A DNA stretch of 64,000 nucleotides from Eledone cirrhosa (taxonomy: Eukaryota): assembly GCA_964016885.1 (NCBI GenBank), contig OZ024743.1:146382001-146446000 (forward strand). Direction: 5' to 3'. Position 1 is the stretch's first letter. Each line of letters opens with the position of its first letter. A program made the position numbers and the translations under genes. This document shows, piece by piece, positions 41,217 through 55,446 of the stretch. The notes beneath the pieces are model-generated. The model saw only the letters and a list, made by a program, of their open reading frames with translations. It was not told the DNA's origin and ran no database searches.

Positions 41217-42815
41217 TCCACATACATAGTCTACATTACTATGTGGAGCCAATGAGGTAGCTTATACACAGACTCACAAGGTTTTAAAAGTAGCAGCCAA
41301 CTTCCCCTAAAAATCAAAACCTACCATCTTATATAAGAACATGACACATTCTGGAAGCATAACTTGGAATCAAAAGGTCTTAAAGTTAACTTGGCAATGA
41401 CTAATGTCCTAGTAAGTAGAAAGGAAAACAAGGCCCTGACCCTTTCAGAGAAATTGCTCTGCTTAGTGAGTAGGAAAAGAGTAGGTAGAAATTACATCCC
41501 CTGTCCAATAAGTACACAAAAGATGTAATGGGATCTCAGGCTGGCTAGCAAAGAATATCGGTTTTATATGTAGTCAATACACAGGAGCAGTAAGCAGCAA
41601 GTGCTCACAGGAAACAAGCTCTACCAAATTCTTAGAGGGTTCCCTAGAAGCAGTTGATAGCTTCTGCTACCTGGGTGACCAAATTAGCAGAGGAGGTGGG
41701 TGTGTGGGTAGTTGTGCTGGTGACTTGACAGGAGGCACCCAGTTCTCCCTGTAAAGTAGTTGTGTTGGTGGCATGATCTGCACTGTGGAGTGGACATGAC
41801 AAAGAGCATCCAGTCTGCCCTGTAAGGTGGTTGTATTGGTGACATGACAAAAGCACCCCTATAGAGTGGTCATAATAATGACATGACAGTAAATGCCCAG
41901 TCCACCATGTAAAGTGATCGTAATGGTGACAACAAAAGGCATCCACCCTATCTTGGTGACATGACAAAAAGTACCCAGTCCACACTGTAGATGTGGTTAG
42001 CATTAGGAAAAAACCAAGTCCCAAATAGTTCTGTATCAGCAAAACAAATCATCTGATCTGATTTGTCTCACAATGGAAAGACTCATCTAACCCATACTAG
42101 AGTGGAAAATGGCCGTTAAATGATGATGATGATGATGATGATGATTATAATACAGCGTAAACTTTCTTTTTTAGCCTTATAGGGGTTGATAAAACAAGTA
42201 CCAACACTTGTTTAACCTCAGGTCTGCCCTGAATAAGTAAACCAATTATCAAGGGTGCCCAGCCATGATATTCTGTCATTTTAGTGGTATGTAAGGCTAC
42301 ATTATTTCATGTGTCCTTTGCTTAATTAACATAGCATGGTGTGTGTGATTTAAGGAAGATTCGACTATTATGTCTAGCAGATAGAGCAAACTCATTGAGG
42401 CTCCCTCCTCAACAGTGAAATAGTTTTTTTAGCTCTTGGTTAGACTTCATTGAGCAGATCTATGATCAAATACATTCTAGCCATGAGAACCCATAATTCT
42501 AGCAGTAAGCAGGACTATATTCTCTAATCTCTCCTTTCCTTGTTAAGGTGCTAGAGTATGATTTAAGGAAGATAGCAGCCACAAAGTGTCCTCAAAGGAC
42601 ATCCTACTGCTTTTAAATAGAACCACATTAGATAATGTGGTTCTAGATACATTGTGTTTGAAGGAAAAAAATGACATGGCTATAATCAAAATACTTTTGA
42701 TTAAAGGTTTGCTCAATCAAAGATTACTTAGGGATAAACAACAACAAAGATTATAATGTTGATATTTCCAGTAAAATAGCGAGATGGTATCAGAAGATAT
42801 TTATTAAGTTAGTAA

Positions 42816-43006
42816 AATAATTGTTTCTACTTTTGGCACAAGACCAGCAATGACCCAGTACATTACTGGTACTTTATTTTATCGACCCCGTAAGGATGAA
42901 AGGCAAAGTTGACCTTGACGGGATTTGAACTCAGACCGTAATGGGACGTAACTATGCTAGAAAGCATAGCGTCCAACCCTCTACTGATACTGCCAATCTA
43001 CCGCCC
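42816..43006 (-). mobile_element. Family A SINE
   Basis: Reverse complement of the consensus; flanks AGTAAAATAAT / AGCAAAATAAT. Confidence 0.85.
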
Positions 43007-43754
43007 TAGCAAAATAATGATTCCAGTTTCATTGTCTGACCAAGCTGATGAATATCTCCTGAATTAGCAGCTAAATATTTCTCAACTTGTACCCTACTGT
43101 CTTAGAAAGAAAAAAAAAGGACTCTTCCAATACTGTGATTCTAGATATACAATGTCTAAAAAAATGCATTTACTCATTAGTCTGCTGGATGAGGGCTGAC
43201 AATAAAAGTAACTCTAAATACCAGAACTTGACAGACTGCTTTATTTTCATTTCATGCCAATCACTGTTGAGACGTCTGGTATCCTTGATTCGTGAATTGC
43301 CATTTCCGTCTGAAAAATTGGGAGGAGTGTATCCCATATGAAGAAGGACTGCTTTGAGCTTGAATGGCCGATGTAGTAAGTGTTGCTGGTTGTTCTTCAC
43401 AGCAATATCTTCATCATATTGTCCACAGTCGGAAGCTGAGAAATACCATTTAGACCAGACAAAGGCAACCTTTTTTAAGAAGCAGGCCACATGAGATATG
43501 TTTCATCGCCAGGCGGGCCGCAAGCGCTAATTTACATTCGTGCCCGCATTAAAAAAAAGGGCAGTAACTCAGGTTGTTCTGACTTAGGCGAGCCATTCAG
43601 AAAGGTTCGCGGGCCGCAGGTTGCCCATGACTGATTTAGACTGTGGTGTACAGTTTGCTGCCTGTTTCCCTCCTTTTTCTTATCATCATCATCAGTATCA
43701 TCATTGTCAGTATCATTATTTTGACTGATATATCTGTTTACATACTTACATACT

Positions 43755-43818
<64 letters not shown>

Positions 43819-44086
43819 TGTTCTTCTGGTTTTATAATTTTATAAATGTTTACCAATAGAGCTTCAAGCTCAGTCATAACTTTATTTAAATGAATGAGCA
43901 TGGTGAGCATCCGTGAGCATGCATGAGCATGGCCTTTTTATTTCTTTTGCTGCAGCATATGCAGAAAGGAATCTAAGTCCTTGGCCAGGCTAAAAAGCCA
44001 ACCATATATAAAAGAAAGGTCATGGGATGGCAATTTGCAAAACCGAGATGCAGCCAATATGTATGTATGTATGTATGTATGTATGT

Positions 44087-44711
44087 TGCCAGTTTAGTCG
44101 CCAACGACCCGACCATGAGACAGGTTGTACTGGGATACATGTTACCAGTAGCACCAACTGGTGACCTGACACAGGTCACCAGTCACCCTCCCCACCAAGG
44201 TTTCTTGGTGAGGAGGGTGACTGGACATCCTGCGGGACTAAAAACAAAACCTGTCAAAGGGCAAAGGAGCTCTTAAGAGTCAATGGCCATCCAAAATCAC
44301 CGGGAGAGATGACTCCTTAGCCTTTGTCAAGGCAGAATTCTAGGAGAAGGAAAACTATGATATAACACCTGCAACCCTGATGGTATCCAATGATGTTGAC
44401 TTGTTCTTCTTTTTGGTAAATATCATCTTGGTTAAGACAGTGGGACTGGCTTTGTGCAGTGCCTTTGCTCACTATAAAAGCTTCGCGGCACAGGCATTGT
44501 TTTATATCTGGAGATCTCTCTGCACTTGTCGTCACATGGTACCATGGGCCCAGCACTATGTGTCAATAATTGTCACAAGTGTAGTGTTTGTACCAGAGTT
44601 TTCAAGTCGCTGGCTGGACTAAAAAAAGTCACACTCGTTCAGTGTATCGGTAGGGGTTCTCCTACATGGATATAAAGTAGTGGCCGTACTCAAAAACGAG
44701 TTGGCAGCCAT
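44087..44711 (+). mobile_element. Family E retroposon with inverted 5' segment
   Basis: 44087-44170 is the reverse complement of 50928-51008; the remainder is collinear with 51012-51533. Confidence 0.8.
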
Positions 44712-45221
44712 CATGTATCTATCTATCTATCTATCTATGTATCTATCTATCTATCAAGGGCAGAGGAACTCGGCAGAATCAATGGCCATCCAAATAGTAT
44801 TTTTATTTTTATCTTTTATTTTCTTTTTTGCCTGGGAGTGAAAGGCTCCCAGTTGTTGTCACAACACCTTTCTAGGAGAGGGAAACTCAGAAAAAAAACC
44901 CCCTACAGCTACGGAAGTATCTGATAATGTTGACCAGTTCTCCTTTACGGGTAGTGTTTTTGATGCTCAGAGAGTGGGATTGATCAAGTACAAAGCCTTT
45001 CCCCACTTGAAAAACCTCCAAAGTACAGGCATTGCTTGTTCAGGATATGTTACACTTTCGTGTCTGGCCGTAGCCTAAAAGTGCACCAAACTCTATAATC
45101 TGACATGCGATTGCAGTACTCTTAGCAGGGTTTGCAGCTATCATATATGTATTTATACATGCATGTATGTATGTATTTATACATGCATGTATGTATGTAT
45201 GTAAACATATATGTATGTATG

Positions 45222-45258
<37 letters not shown>

Positions 45259-45861
45259 GTCTATCTATGTATCTATCTATTTATATACCTATCTAGCTAT
45301 TTATCTATCTATCTATCTCTTGCTCTCTCTATATAAATATAAATAGATGCACACACACACATTTGTATATGTACACATGCACACAAAACATGAACATGCA
45401 CACCCACATATATATTTACACATATGCATAAATATAATCGAATTTTATTCATGATAATATATATTTAATTATTTTTTGCTGCAATGTTTCTTTTTTGAAA
45501 ATTTATTCATTTTATTAATTTGAAATTTATTCATTCTAGCTTTTTTTCTTTCTAATATTCATTCCATTTTAAATATATTTTCTCTGATAGCACAGTCAAT
45601 ATTGGATTGGAACTGTAATTAAATATATCTTCATGTTAGGAAAAACGTAGGCAATGAAATTGGATCAGCATCAGCGAACCGTTTGGCTTTTGGCCAAAGT
45701 TGATAAAATAACTGAGAATGAAGAAGTTGTGTTTATAAGGGTGGGTGAGGGAGAAGATATTTGATGATGGTGTTATAATGGAGGATTATTTCTTGATGAA
45801 CATATAGTTAGTAATTTAAAAAGAATGGAAAGAAAAAAGGCTTTGTATATGTGTGTATATA

Positions 45862-45892
<31 letters not shown>

Positions 45893-45974
45893 CATGTAGG
45901 TATTTATATCCATGCTCTCTATTACACTCTTTCTCTTTCTTCTCTCTCTATCTCTATATATATATATGTATCAG

Positions 45975-46418
45975 TAATAGAGAAGACCCGCCTTACCTGA
46001 ATACAAAGTAAAACCTACTACAGTCAGTAGGCATCTCTAACAAAACACACCCCTGTACACACCACCCCCACCCCATCCACACCGCCCCCACCCCATCCAC
46101 ACCGCCCCTTTCAATGTAAAGTTATGTTGGTGCCACAACATCGAGGCCGAAACAAATGAGATCGTGTAGGTGTCACGACAAAAAAACACACAGTCCACGC
46201 TGTAATGTGGCCGTGTAGGCAACACGGTAAAAACCTCCCAGTCCCACACTGCAAATGTGGTTGGTGTTAGGAAGGGCATCCAGCTGTAGAAAACCCGCCA
46301 GACAGTCCTATGCGAGCAAGACAACCACTCTTGCCTCAAGTGGGAAAACTCCCGTCCAAACCCATGCAAGCGTGGAACATGGACGTTAAACGATGATGAT
46401 GATGATGATGATGATGAT
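45975..46418 (+). mobile_element. Family C element
   Basis: Reverse complement of 11334-11758, with a (GAT)n tail. Confidence 0.8.
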
Positions 46419-46655
46419 ATATATATATATTTATATATATATATATATATATATATTAATTCTATACACTCACAAAATCACACACACATACAAACACACA
46501 CATATATATATATATACATAAACATACTTACACTCATACAGAAGGTAGGAATTTGTATGTATGATCTCTAACACTTTCTTTCTCTCTCTAAATATATGAT
46601 GTATGTATGTCTGGACATCCACTTATACACACACATATATGCATACATATATTTG

Positions 46656-46687
<32 letters not shown>

Positions 46688-46688
46688 G

Positions 46689-46729
<41 letters not shown>

Positions 46730-46801
46730 TACATATATCATATACATATATATATATGTATACTTATATATACATACATACATTTTTATATATATATATA
46801 A

Positions 46802-46976
<175 letters not shown>

Positions 46977-47066
46977 AACCATGAATGGACCTGTTATTTT
47001 TATCTAAAGGCATTTTTTCCAATTCCAGCCTGCCCGTCCCCTCAATCTATCTTATTTCTCATTCTT

Positions 47067-47102
47067 TCTTCTGATGAAGGACTAGCGTCCGAAACGTTAA
47101 GA
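47067..47102 (+). ncRNA. Ultra-minimal type I hammerhead motif
   Basis: TCTT-CTGATGA-AGGAC TAGC GTCC-GAAA-CG-TT-AAGA. Stem III reduces to the palindrome ACGT. Confidence 0.75.
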
Positions 47103-47818
47103 CCCTCTTCCTGCTATATCAAGCGTTAACCTAATATATACCTTCCATATACTGTACCGATTGTGTTGTTATTTCTGTTTACCTTTTACATACATATCAT
47201 CATCATCATCATCATCATTTTAGATCCGCTTTTCCCTGCTTGCAAGTGTGGGACGGGTCCTATTCAGCACAGCACAGCATCTCTCCATTTGTCACGGTCC
47301 TTCGTCATCTCCACCATGAGCTTCAGCGATCTGAGGTCTGCTCTCACCACCTCTGCCCATCTTTTTTGTGGTCTATATATATATATATGATCCAACAACA
47401 TATATATATATATATGTTGATATATACAGTTGATTCATTAACATGTATGTAGTTGAGTCTTTCACAGACATGTGCACACAATGTAGTTTACAGGGAGATT
47501 CAGTGTGACACACTGTATGACACACCGTGTGACACATTCTGTGACACACTGTGTGACCAGTATAGTTGAGTGGCTGAAGCAATATGAAAAAAAAAGGGTT
47601 TTGCTCAATGACACTACGCATCTCTTGGTCTGAATTGAACTCACACCTTATGTTTCTGAGTCCAACACTCTAACTACCACACAATGCACCTATAATATAT
47701 ATACATATATATATTACATATATATATTACATGAATCTCATACATATATGCATATACGTATATGTGCGTGTGTGTATATATATATATATATACGTGTGTG
47801 TGTGTAAATGTATATGAC

Positions 47819-47850
<32 letters not shown>

Positions 47851-47854
<4 letters not shown>

Positions 47855-48744
47855 TCATCATCATCATCATCCTCATCATTTTACGTCCGCTTTTCCCTGC
47901 TTGCAAGGGTGGGACGGGTCGTATTCAGCACAGCATCTCTCCACTCGTCACGGTCCTTCGTCATCTCCACCGTGAGCTTCAATGATCTGAGGTCTGTTCT
48001 CACCTCCTCCGTCCATGTTTTTCGTGGTCTACCTCTACCACGTCTTCTTTCAACTGGCATTTCCTGGCACTTCTTCACCCATCGGTTATCCTCCATGCGC
48101 ATCACATGTCCATACCACCTCAGTCTCCTCTCCCGTACACTACATTCTATCCCTCTCAGACACAGTTTCTCTCTCAACACATTTATGCTGGGTCGTTCAC
48201 GCACATTTACACTGCACATCCAACGGAGCATGCTTGCCTCATTTCTCTCCAGTCATCGCATATCCTCTGCAGTTGCTGCCCATGTCTCACTACCATGCAG
48301 CATCGCGCTCCTCACACAGGCATCATACAACCGGCCTTTCGTACGCAGGGAGAAACCCTTTTTCATCAACAGAGGAAGCAGCTCCCTAAACTTCTTCCAA
48401 CCCGTCCTTATTCTAGATACTATGGCTTTTGAACACCCTCCTGCCATGCTAATCTGATCTCCTAGGTACCGGAAGGTATCCACCACTTCTATAGTGCCCT
48501 CCTGCATTTGAAAAATGTGTCTATCAATGTGACTTCTACTGTCTAATTTCCCTGTACATCTACTGCATACATATTTCTCCCTACCTGTTAGTTTGCCTAC
48601 TATCCCGCTACATCTCTTGTGTACCCAGGATCTGCATTGTGTGCATTTTATAGAATTTATGCCAGTTCCTTTTCTGCATATCGAACATGGCCATTTCCCT
48701 GACGGAATCAGGGTTTTGTCCTCTTTTCTACTCATCAACACTTT

Positions 48745-48746
<2 letters not shown>
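47851..48746 (-). mobile_element. 5'-truncated RTE LINE (short 3' end type) with PHD-like finger; one frameshift
   Basis: WPCSICRK...[12 protein letters not shown]...[36 protein letters not shown]. The ORF stops within the tail TRPTLASREKRT*-(ATG)n. Confidence 0.92.
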
Positions 48747-48821
<75 letters not shown>

Positions 48822-49524
48822 TTATATATACATATATACTCACACACATATATACATATATATATGCGTGTATATGGCCACCTTCATATAGCAGTATAAG
48901 AAATAAACAATAAAAACTCATAATATATCATCAATATGGAATTTCTACAATATTAATATCATTGCACAATTTTTCTCCAGAAAAGTTATATTTATTTAGA
49001 GAAAAATAAAAAACACACATACACACACACATATATGCACATCGTACCCTTACACATATGCACATCGTAACCCCCCCCCCCTTATACACACCATACCCCC
49101 ATATACACACCATACCCCCCCCCCCCACACACACATATACACATCCTACACATTAATATACACTCATGCACACAATCACACAGGAAAAAAATAATTGTTT
49201 TTATTTCTGGTAAGTTTATTGTATTTCATAGTTTTGTCAATTACCAGGCGAAAATGTTTAGTTTTGCTCTGGGTTTTGACTGAATATAGGAATGTGTATG
49301 TATGCTTAGGTTTATGCATATTATGTGTATCTCTTCTGATGCACACACACATATACATGCACATGTCTATGTATGTATGTATGTATGTATGTATGTATGT
49401 ATGTATGTATGTATGTATGTATGTATGTATGTATGTATGCATGCATGCATGTATGCAAGTACAAACACTCACATACACATATATATATACACACACACAC
49501 ATATGTATACATTCATTTGTAATT

Positions 49525-49870
<346 letters not shown>

Positions 49871-50545
49871 TGCCCCCATTAAAATCAGATTATGATATAA
49901 TGAACATACTTTTATAAAAAACATTCTGTAGAAACTTGTTATCAAGTTAAATTTATATTAATAATATTTAAAAAAATATATTCCCCCAAAATATAAAACC
50001 AAGAAAATCTAAAATAAATAAAGGCCCCCCCATTATGGTTTAAGCTCCCGGTTGGATATAAAGTATAAATGTCAACTTAAATATAATCACAATAGCCAAG
50101 CTGTAATCGGCAAATTAACTCTAAATGCATATTAAAGTACAATATATATTTTTATCTTTATAGATATAACATTATATAAGGTGGGCGTATGTATTTGAAT
50201 GGAAATTCTTACTGGCAACACTGACACCTTAAAGTTTCTACATGTTGATATATATTTCCTGTGTAATATAACCATACAAGTGTCTTTTACACACTCTCTG
50301 TCTGCCCTATTCTGTCTTTATTATATACACACAGGCTCAAATGTATACAAAAGCATAAACACACATTTTTGCTGATTTCTGAACATTATTTAAGAAGGAA
50401 AGAATTATCATAGCTGTATTTTTCCAAACACTCTATCAGATAAAAGAGGTTTGATGATGCTTATAACTATTGCTTTCTAAATTGCTTTAATGTATACTTT
50501 ATGCTTTTTCTTATGTTTGTATGTATGTATGCATGTATGTATGTA

Positions 50546-50858
50546 TCTCTTTCTCTTAATTTCGAGTACATTTTTGACCGACCACCTTCCTTAGGGGCAA
50601 GCTTGTAAAAGAAAAGAAATTGTAATCCCTTGAATCGCAAGAATGTTTTGCAAATTTTGAAGGTGCCAGCTATCGCAGCCATTTGTAGTCTATGAATTAG
50701 GGAACTGTGCTCTTTGTCCACAAATATAAGTTTAGTTATACTTTTGTCCAAGCGGGTTGGTATATAACCTGTAGCTCCAATAATGATGGGTATGAAGCTG
50801 AAGGATCATTAAACTGTAAACTCCTCATTAATCGTCTGTAGATGTCCTCCTTCTCCTC

Positions 50859-50860
<2 letters not shown>
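50546..50860 (-). mobile_element. 3' fragment of RLE-type (R4/Dong-like) non-LTR element
   Basis: Minus strand SFIPIIIGATGYIPTRLDKSITKL...LQMAAIAGTFKICKTFLRF resembles the PIVIGALG...LQKAxLLGT C-terminus. Flanked by (CATA)n. Confidence 0.6.
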
Positions 50861-50890
<30 letters not shown>

Positions 50891-50927
50891 TGTATGTATG
50901 TATGTATGTATGTATGTATGTATGTAT

Positions 50928-51533
50928 GTCAGGTCACCAGTTGGTGCTACTGGTAACATGTATCCCAGTACAACCTGTTTCATGGTCTCGTTGGCGACTA
51001 AACTGGCAACCTCACCAAGGTTTCTTGGTGAGGAGGGTGACTTTGGACATCCTGCAGGACTAAAATCAAAACCTGTCAAAGGGCAAAGGAGCTCTTAAGA
51101 GTCAATGGCCATCCAAAATCACCAGGAGAGATGACTCCTTAGCCTTTGTCAAGGCAGAATTCTAGGAGAAGGAAAACTCTGATATAACACCTGCAACCCT
51201 GATGGTATCCAATGATGTTGACTTGTTCTTCTTTTTGATAAATATCATCTTGGTTAAGAGAGTGGGACTGGCTTTGTGCAGTGCCTTTGCTCACTATAAA
51301 AGCTTCACGGCACAGGTATTGCTTTATATCTGGAGATCTCTCTGCACTTGTCGTCACATGGTACCATGGACCCAGCACTATGTGTCAGTAATTGTCACAA
51401 GTGTAGTGTTTGTACCAGAGTTTTCTAATCGCTGGCTGGACTAAAAAGTCACACTTGTTCAGCGCATCAGTAGGGGTTCTCCTACATGGATATAAAGTAG
51501 TGGCCGTACTCGAAAACGAGTTGGCAGCCACCA
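50928..51533 (+). mobile_element. Family E retroposon, apparently full length (~600 nt)
   Basis: Longest collinear copy, with (TATG)n on both sides. Diverged relatives at ~6828-7200, ~44755-45140 and ~51897-52611. Confidence 0.8.
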
Positions 51534-52299
51534 TGTATGTATGTATGTATGTTCTTCTGGTTTTATAATTTTATAAATTTTTGCCAATAGAGAGAGAGTC
51601 GGTTTCTAACATAGACACAAGACTCTCTCATTGGAATTTAAACATCAACTAGGTAGATTATGTATGCATGGCTGCATACATGCATGTGTTTGCAGGTATG
51701 GATGTTATTGCATGTGTGGATGTGTATATTTTGAGTTATATGTGTGCATGTGCATATGTTTTGTATCTGTACATGTGTACATGCAGTTATTAGATGCAGA
51801 ATTTTTGGAATGTATGTATGTCTGTATGTCTGTATGCCTGTATGCCTGTATGTCTGTCTGTATGTATGTGTGTGTGTGTGTATACATGTATGTATGTCAG
51901 GTTGCTCTTCAGTGCTACTGGTAACATGCAACCCAGTACAACCTGTGCATGGTCGGGACGCTAACCTTGCTTGGTGAAGAGGGTGAATTTGGACATACTG
52001 TGGGATGAAAAACAAAACCCATCAATGGGCAGAGTACCTCAGGAGAGTCAGCGGCTATCCAACAAAGTATTTTTTTTTGTAGAGTGAGAGACTCCTAGTC
52101 TTCATTAAGTCTTCTCTCTAAGAGAAGGTTACCCTGATATGAAACCTATGACATCGTTTGCATCCAATGATGTAGCTGAGTTCTTCTTTTTGAGCAAATG
52201 CATTCACAGAGTGGGATTGACCCTGTGCGAAGCCTTTCCTCACTTAAAAAAGCTTTAAGCATGGGCATTGTTTGATATGTGGCATTATTTGTGATGCAT

Positions 52300-52489
52300 G
52301 GTGGGGGATTGGCAGTATCGGTAGAGGCTCGGACGCCATGCTTTCCAGCATAGTTACGTCCCTTTACGATCTGAGTTCAAATTCCGCCGAGGTTGACTTT
52401 GCCTTTCATCCTTACGCGGTCGATAAAATAAAGTACCAGTAATGCACTGGTTAATTACTGGCCTTGTGCCTAAAGTAGAAACAATTATT
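52300..52489 (+). mobile_element. Family A SINE with TSD
   Basis: TSD ATTATTTGTGATGCATGGT at 52284-52302 and 52484-52502. Confidence 0.9.
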
Positions 52490-52637
52490 TGTGATGCATG
52501 GTATTGCTGGCCATGAGCTAGTCTCCAGCCAGACTAGGAAGCCATGACCGTGATGCTCATGCTTAAGTATCAAGCAATGGCATTACTCAAAATCGAGTTG
52601 CAGCCATCATCATGAATGTATGTACATTCACCTACAC

Positions 52638-52664
<27 letters not shown>

Positions 52665-52669
<5 letters not shown>

Positions 52670-52854
52670 ACAAAGAGGGTGTGGTAAGATACCAGGTGGA
52701 CCATAATGCACCAGAGTACTCGATACCTGGGGTAGTAGTGTGGGTAATATGAAAAGAGTCTGGACCCCGACGGCTGAGCTCCGGCTGTTTTGACAGTATT
52801 CGGATCTAGCTGTTGAAATGGACAGAGCTCAGCCGTTGGGGTCCTGAATCTTTT

Positions 52855-52858
<4 letters not shown>
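52665..52858 (-). mobile_element. Short hairpin-bearing repeat related to the sequence 3' of the Penelope-like RT
   Basis: Internal inverted repeat at 52748-52857. Homologous pieces at 1105-1216, 28630-28720 and 55970-56095, all next to TA tracts. Confidence 0.6.
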
Positions 52859-52893
<35 letters not shown>

Positions 52894-53348
52894 AAAGACC
52901 TGTAATGCTTCATATTAACTATACTACTATATATGTATATATATGTGTATATGTGTGTTTGTGTGCGCATGTGTATGTGTGTAAATATATATTGGTGATA
53001 GGGAGGGCATCCAGCTGTAGAAAGCTTGCCTAACAAAAGGTTGGGAGGACCTTTCAGTTGTGTCAAGGATATGACAACTTCTCTTGTATTAGTGCACTCA
53101 TTAGAATATGGAACTGTACATAAGTGAGATGCTGATACCTAGCCTGTTTAGGAGACCAGTAGATCTGCTTTTCTATTGAGTCTGTCAGTGAAGACCCATC
53201 AACCCTTGCTAGCAGGGAAAACGGATGCTAAACAATAATGGTAATGATAGTATATATGCATATATATATATTCTTTTTACTATTGTAACTAATTATATAT
53301 TATTATCATCATCATCATCATCATCACTGTTTTATGTCCATATATATA

Positions 53349-53397
<49 letters not shown>

Positions 53398-53552
53398 TAG
53401 ATATAGTTGAAAAAGGGGGTGGGTGGGTAAAGTTTTAGACAAAATAAAGGTTATAGTTAAAAAGTTAAGGTGAAAATACACAGAAGTATATTTAAAGATT
53501 ATTTTTTCTTTAATCTGGCAGAATGAATAATTTCATAATTGTTGCATTAAAT

Positions 53553-54155
53553 ACTAGCTGAATTACCCGTGCCTTGCTGCGTTTCACACATTTCTTTTGT
53601 AAGAAAATGATGATTGATTTTAAATCAGTGATATAATTTATGGAGAAAAAATAAAGGGAAAATGTTAAAAAAGTAGAGGCATTAACTAATCATTTTTGTT
53701 GTCATAATTCTAGTGATGTTTTGCCATAGACAAAATGTCTAAATTAGCCAAATTTTACTATAAAAGAGAGGTGCTTTTTGTTGTTGATTAATTAATAGAA
53801 AAACCCCGTGATAATAGAGGTTCCAATACTCAAGTTATGGGCTTCCAAAATTTTCACTATAGGGGGTTTAACCTCCATTAGGGTGTCTTAATATTATTGA
53901 AATTTGCTGAAATTTTGTGAATAGACATCATATCTTAAACCTATGGTTTAAATTTCATATAAATCGAAGGGAAAACATTTTCAGTGGGGGTTTATGCCTT
54001 CGGGGAACCCTTTGATTAAAATGAAATATACTTATCCAAGTACCCTGGGCATTGTAGTTTCAGAATATGGTTATGGGGTCTATCTCCAAAACCATAGGAG
54101 GAGTTCATGAACAAACAAACAAACAGACAGAAACTACAACTTTATATATATAGAT
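53553..54155 (+). mobile_element. Helentron/HINE (DINE-1-like) non-autonomous element
   Basis: Starts ACTAGCTG..TACCCG and ends AGGAGGAGTT..(ACAA)n(ACAG)n..CTTTATATATATAGAT, the typical end architecture of these elements. Confidence 0.6.
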
Positions 54156-54891
54156 AACCGGTTTTGATTGGTATAACACTCTTATAAAATATCCCTAAAA
54201 CTTATAAAATATCCCTAAAACTTAATTTCATTTGTGCCATGTTCTCTGGTATGAATTAAGTCATGAGTAACATAAAACTTTGTCACTGAACTGCCATTTT
54301 CTTCTACAAAATCAGGAGGAGTGTATTCTACTTGAGGAAGGAGCCTCATGCAGTAGAATGTTGGATGCAGCAGGTGTCACTACTTGTTCTCCATGGCAAT
54401 GCCTTTGTTTTTTTATTCCTGGGGTGCAGGTAAGACATACCAACTAGACTGGAGTGTAGTCTGCTGCTCCCTCCCCATCTTCCCTTACTTTCACTATTTA
54501 ATTTTTTCTTTTCTTTTTTTTAATTTTATTCTTTCTATTGTATGTTTTTGTGTATTTTCATTTCCATGAGTAAAGGATTTCCTATTTATATATATGTAAA
54601 AAATTAGGATATGTGAACATAGAAGAATGAAATGCTGCTCAAGTCTGTATTCAGAAGAGGATTTGAGCTAAGACCAGTGAATATTAAATCATTTGGTACG
54701 TATCTAATTGCTTTTATATTTATAATTTAATCAGGGTTAATGAGTGTGAAGTGAGAAGGGAATGGGTGAGATTGATGTTGATGATACCAAGTTTGAATAA
54801 ACATTACATAGGTCAACATCTGCAGAAAAATTATGATTGGTCAAAAGTGAAATCTGGTAAATCACTAAAGAAACCTGTTGGCACACTAATT

Positions 54892-55446
54892 CGAAAAAAG
54901 AGGCATTTAAAGATAATGGATAAGATGTAGGGAACTTAGTTATTAATTGTATAGCCAGTTTATAGTATATGGTATCCAATAGTTGGTGAATTGGCAGAGA
55001 TAGAATACTTTACAGTATTTGTCCCACCTCATTGCACACTCTGAATTCAAATCCTGCTGAGGTCAACTTTGCCTTTCATCCTTTCGAGGTTGATAAAAAA
55101 AAAATACCAGTCCAGTACTGGGGTCGATTCTTCCTCTATAGAAAAGTCAGCTGTGTTCAAACCTGCCAAGTTTCAAAGTGCCCTAGACATGCCATTTGAT
55201 GGTACTTCTATGACACCACAAGGATTTATGGGATCTTCTTATACAATATGTTTAAATGCTACAATGGTTAAAGGTTAAAGTGAAATAAAAAAATCAATAT
55301 TATTTCAAAAAATTATTTCACTTTAACTTTTAACCATTGAAACATTTAAACATATTGGATACCATATACTATAAAATGGCTATACAATTAACAACTAAGC
55401 TCCCTACATCTTATCCATTATCTTTAAATACTTCTTTTTTCAAATT
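54892..55446. repeat. Old fold-back element whose left arm is split by a later insertion
   Basis: 54892-54981 plus 55249-55290 pair with 55312-55446. The insert ~54982-55248 begins with a SINE and is bounded by CAATA repeats. Confidence 0.75.

Noticed and set aside
43190-43633. hAT-like element ending TTGCCCATGACTG
   Set aside because: Only one terminus is recognisable and no TSD or partner TIR was found, so it is not listed as a feature.
51120-51195. Possible HDV-like ribozyme in family E
   Set aside because: Small hairpins are present, but I could not build the nested double pseudoknot by eye.
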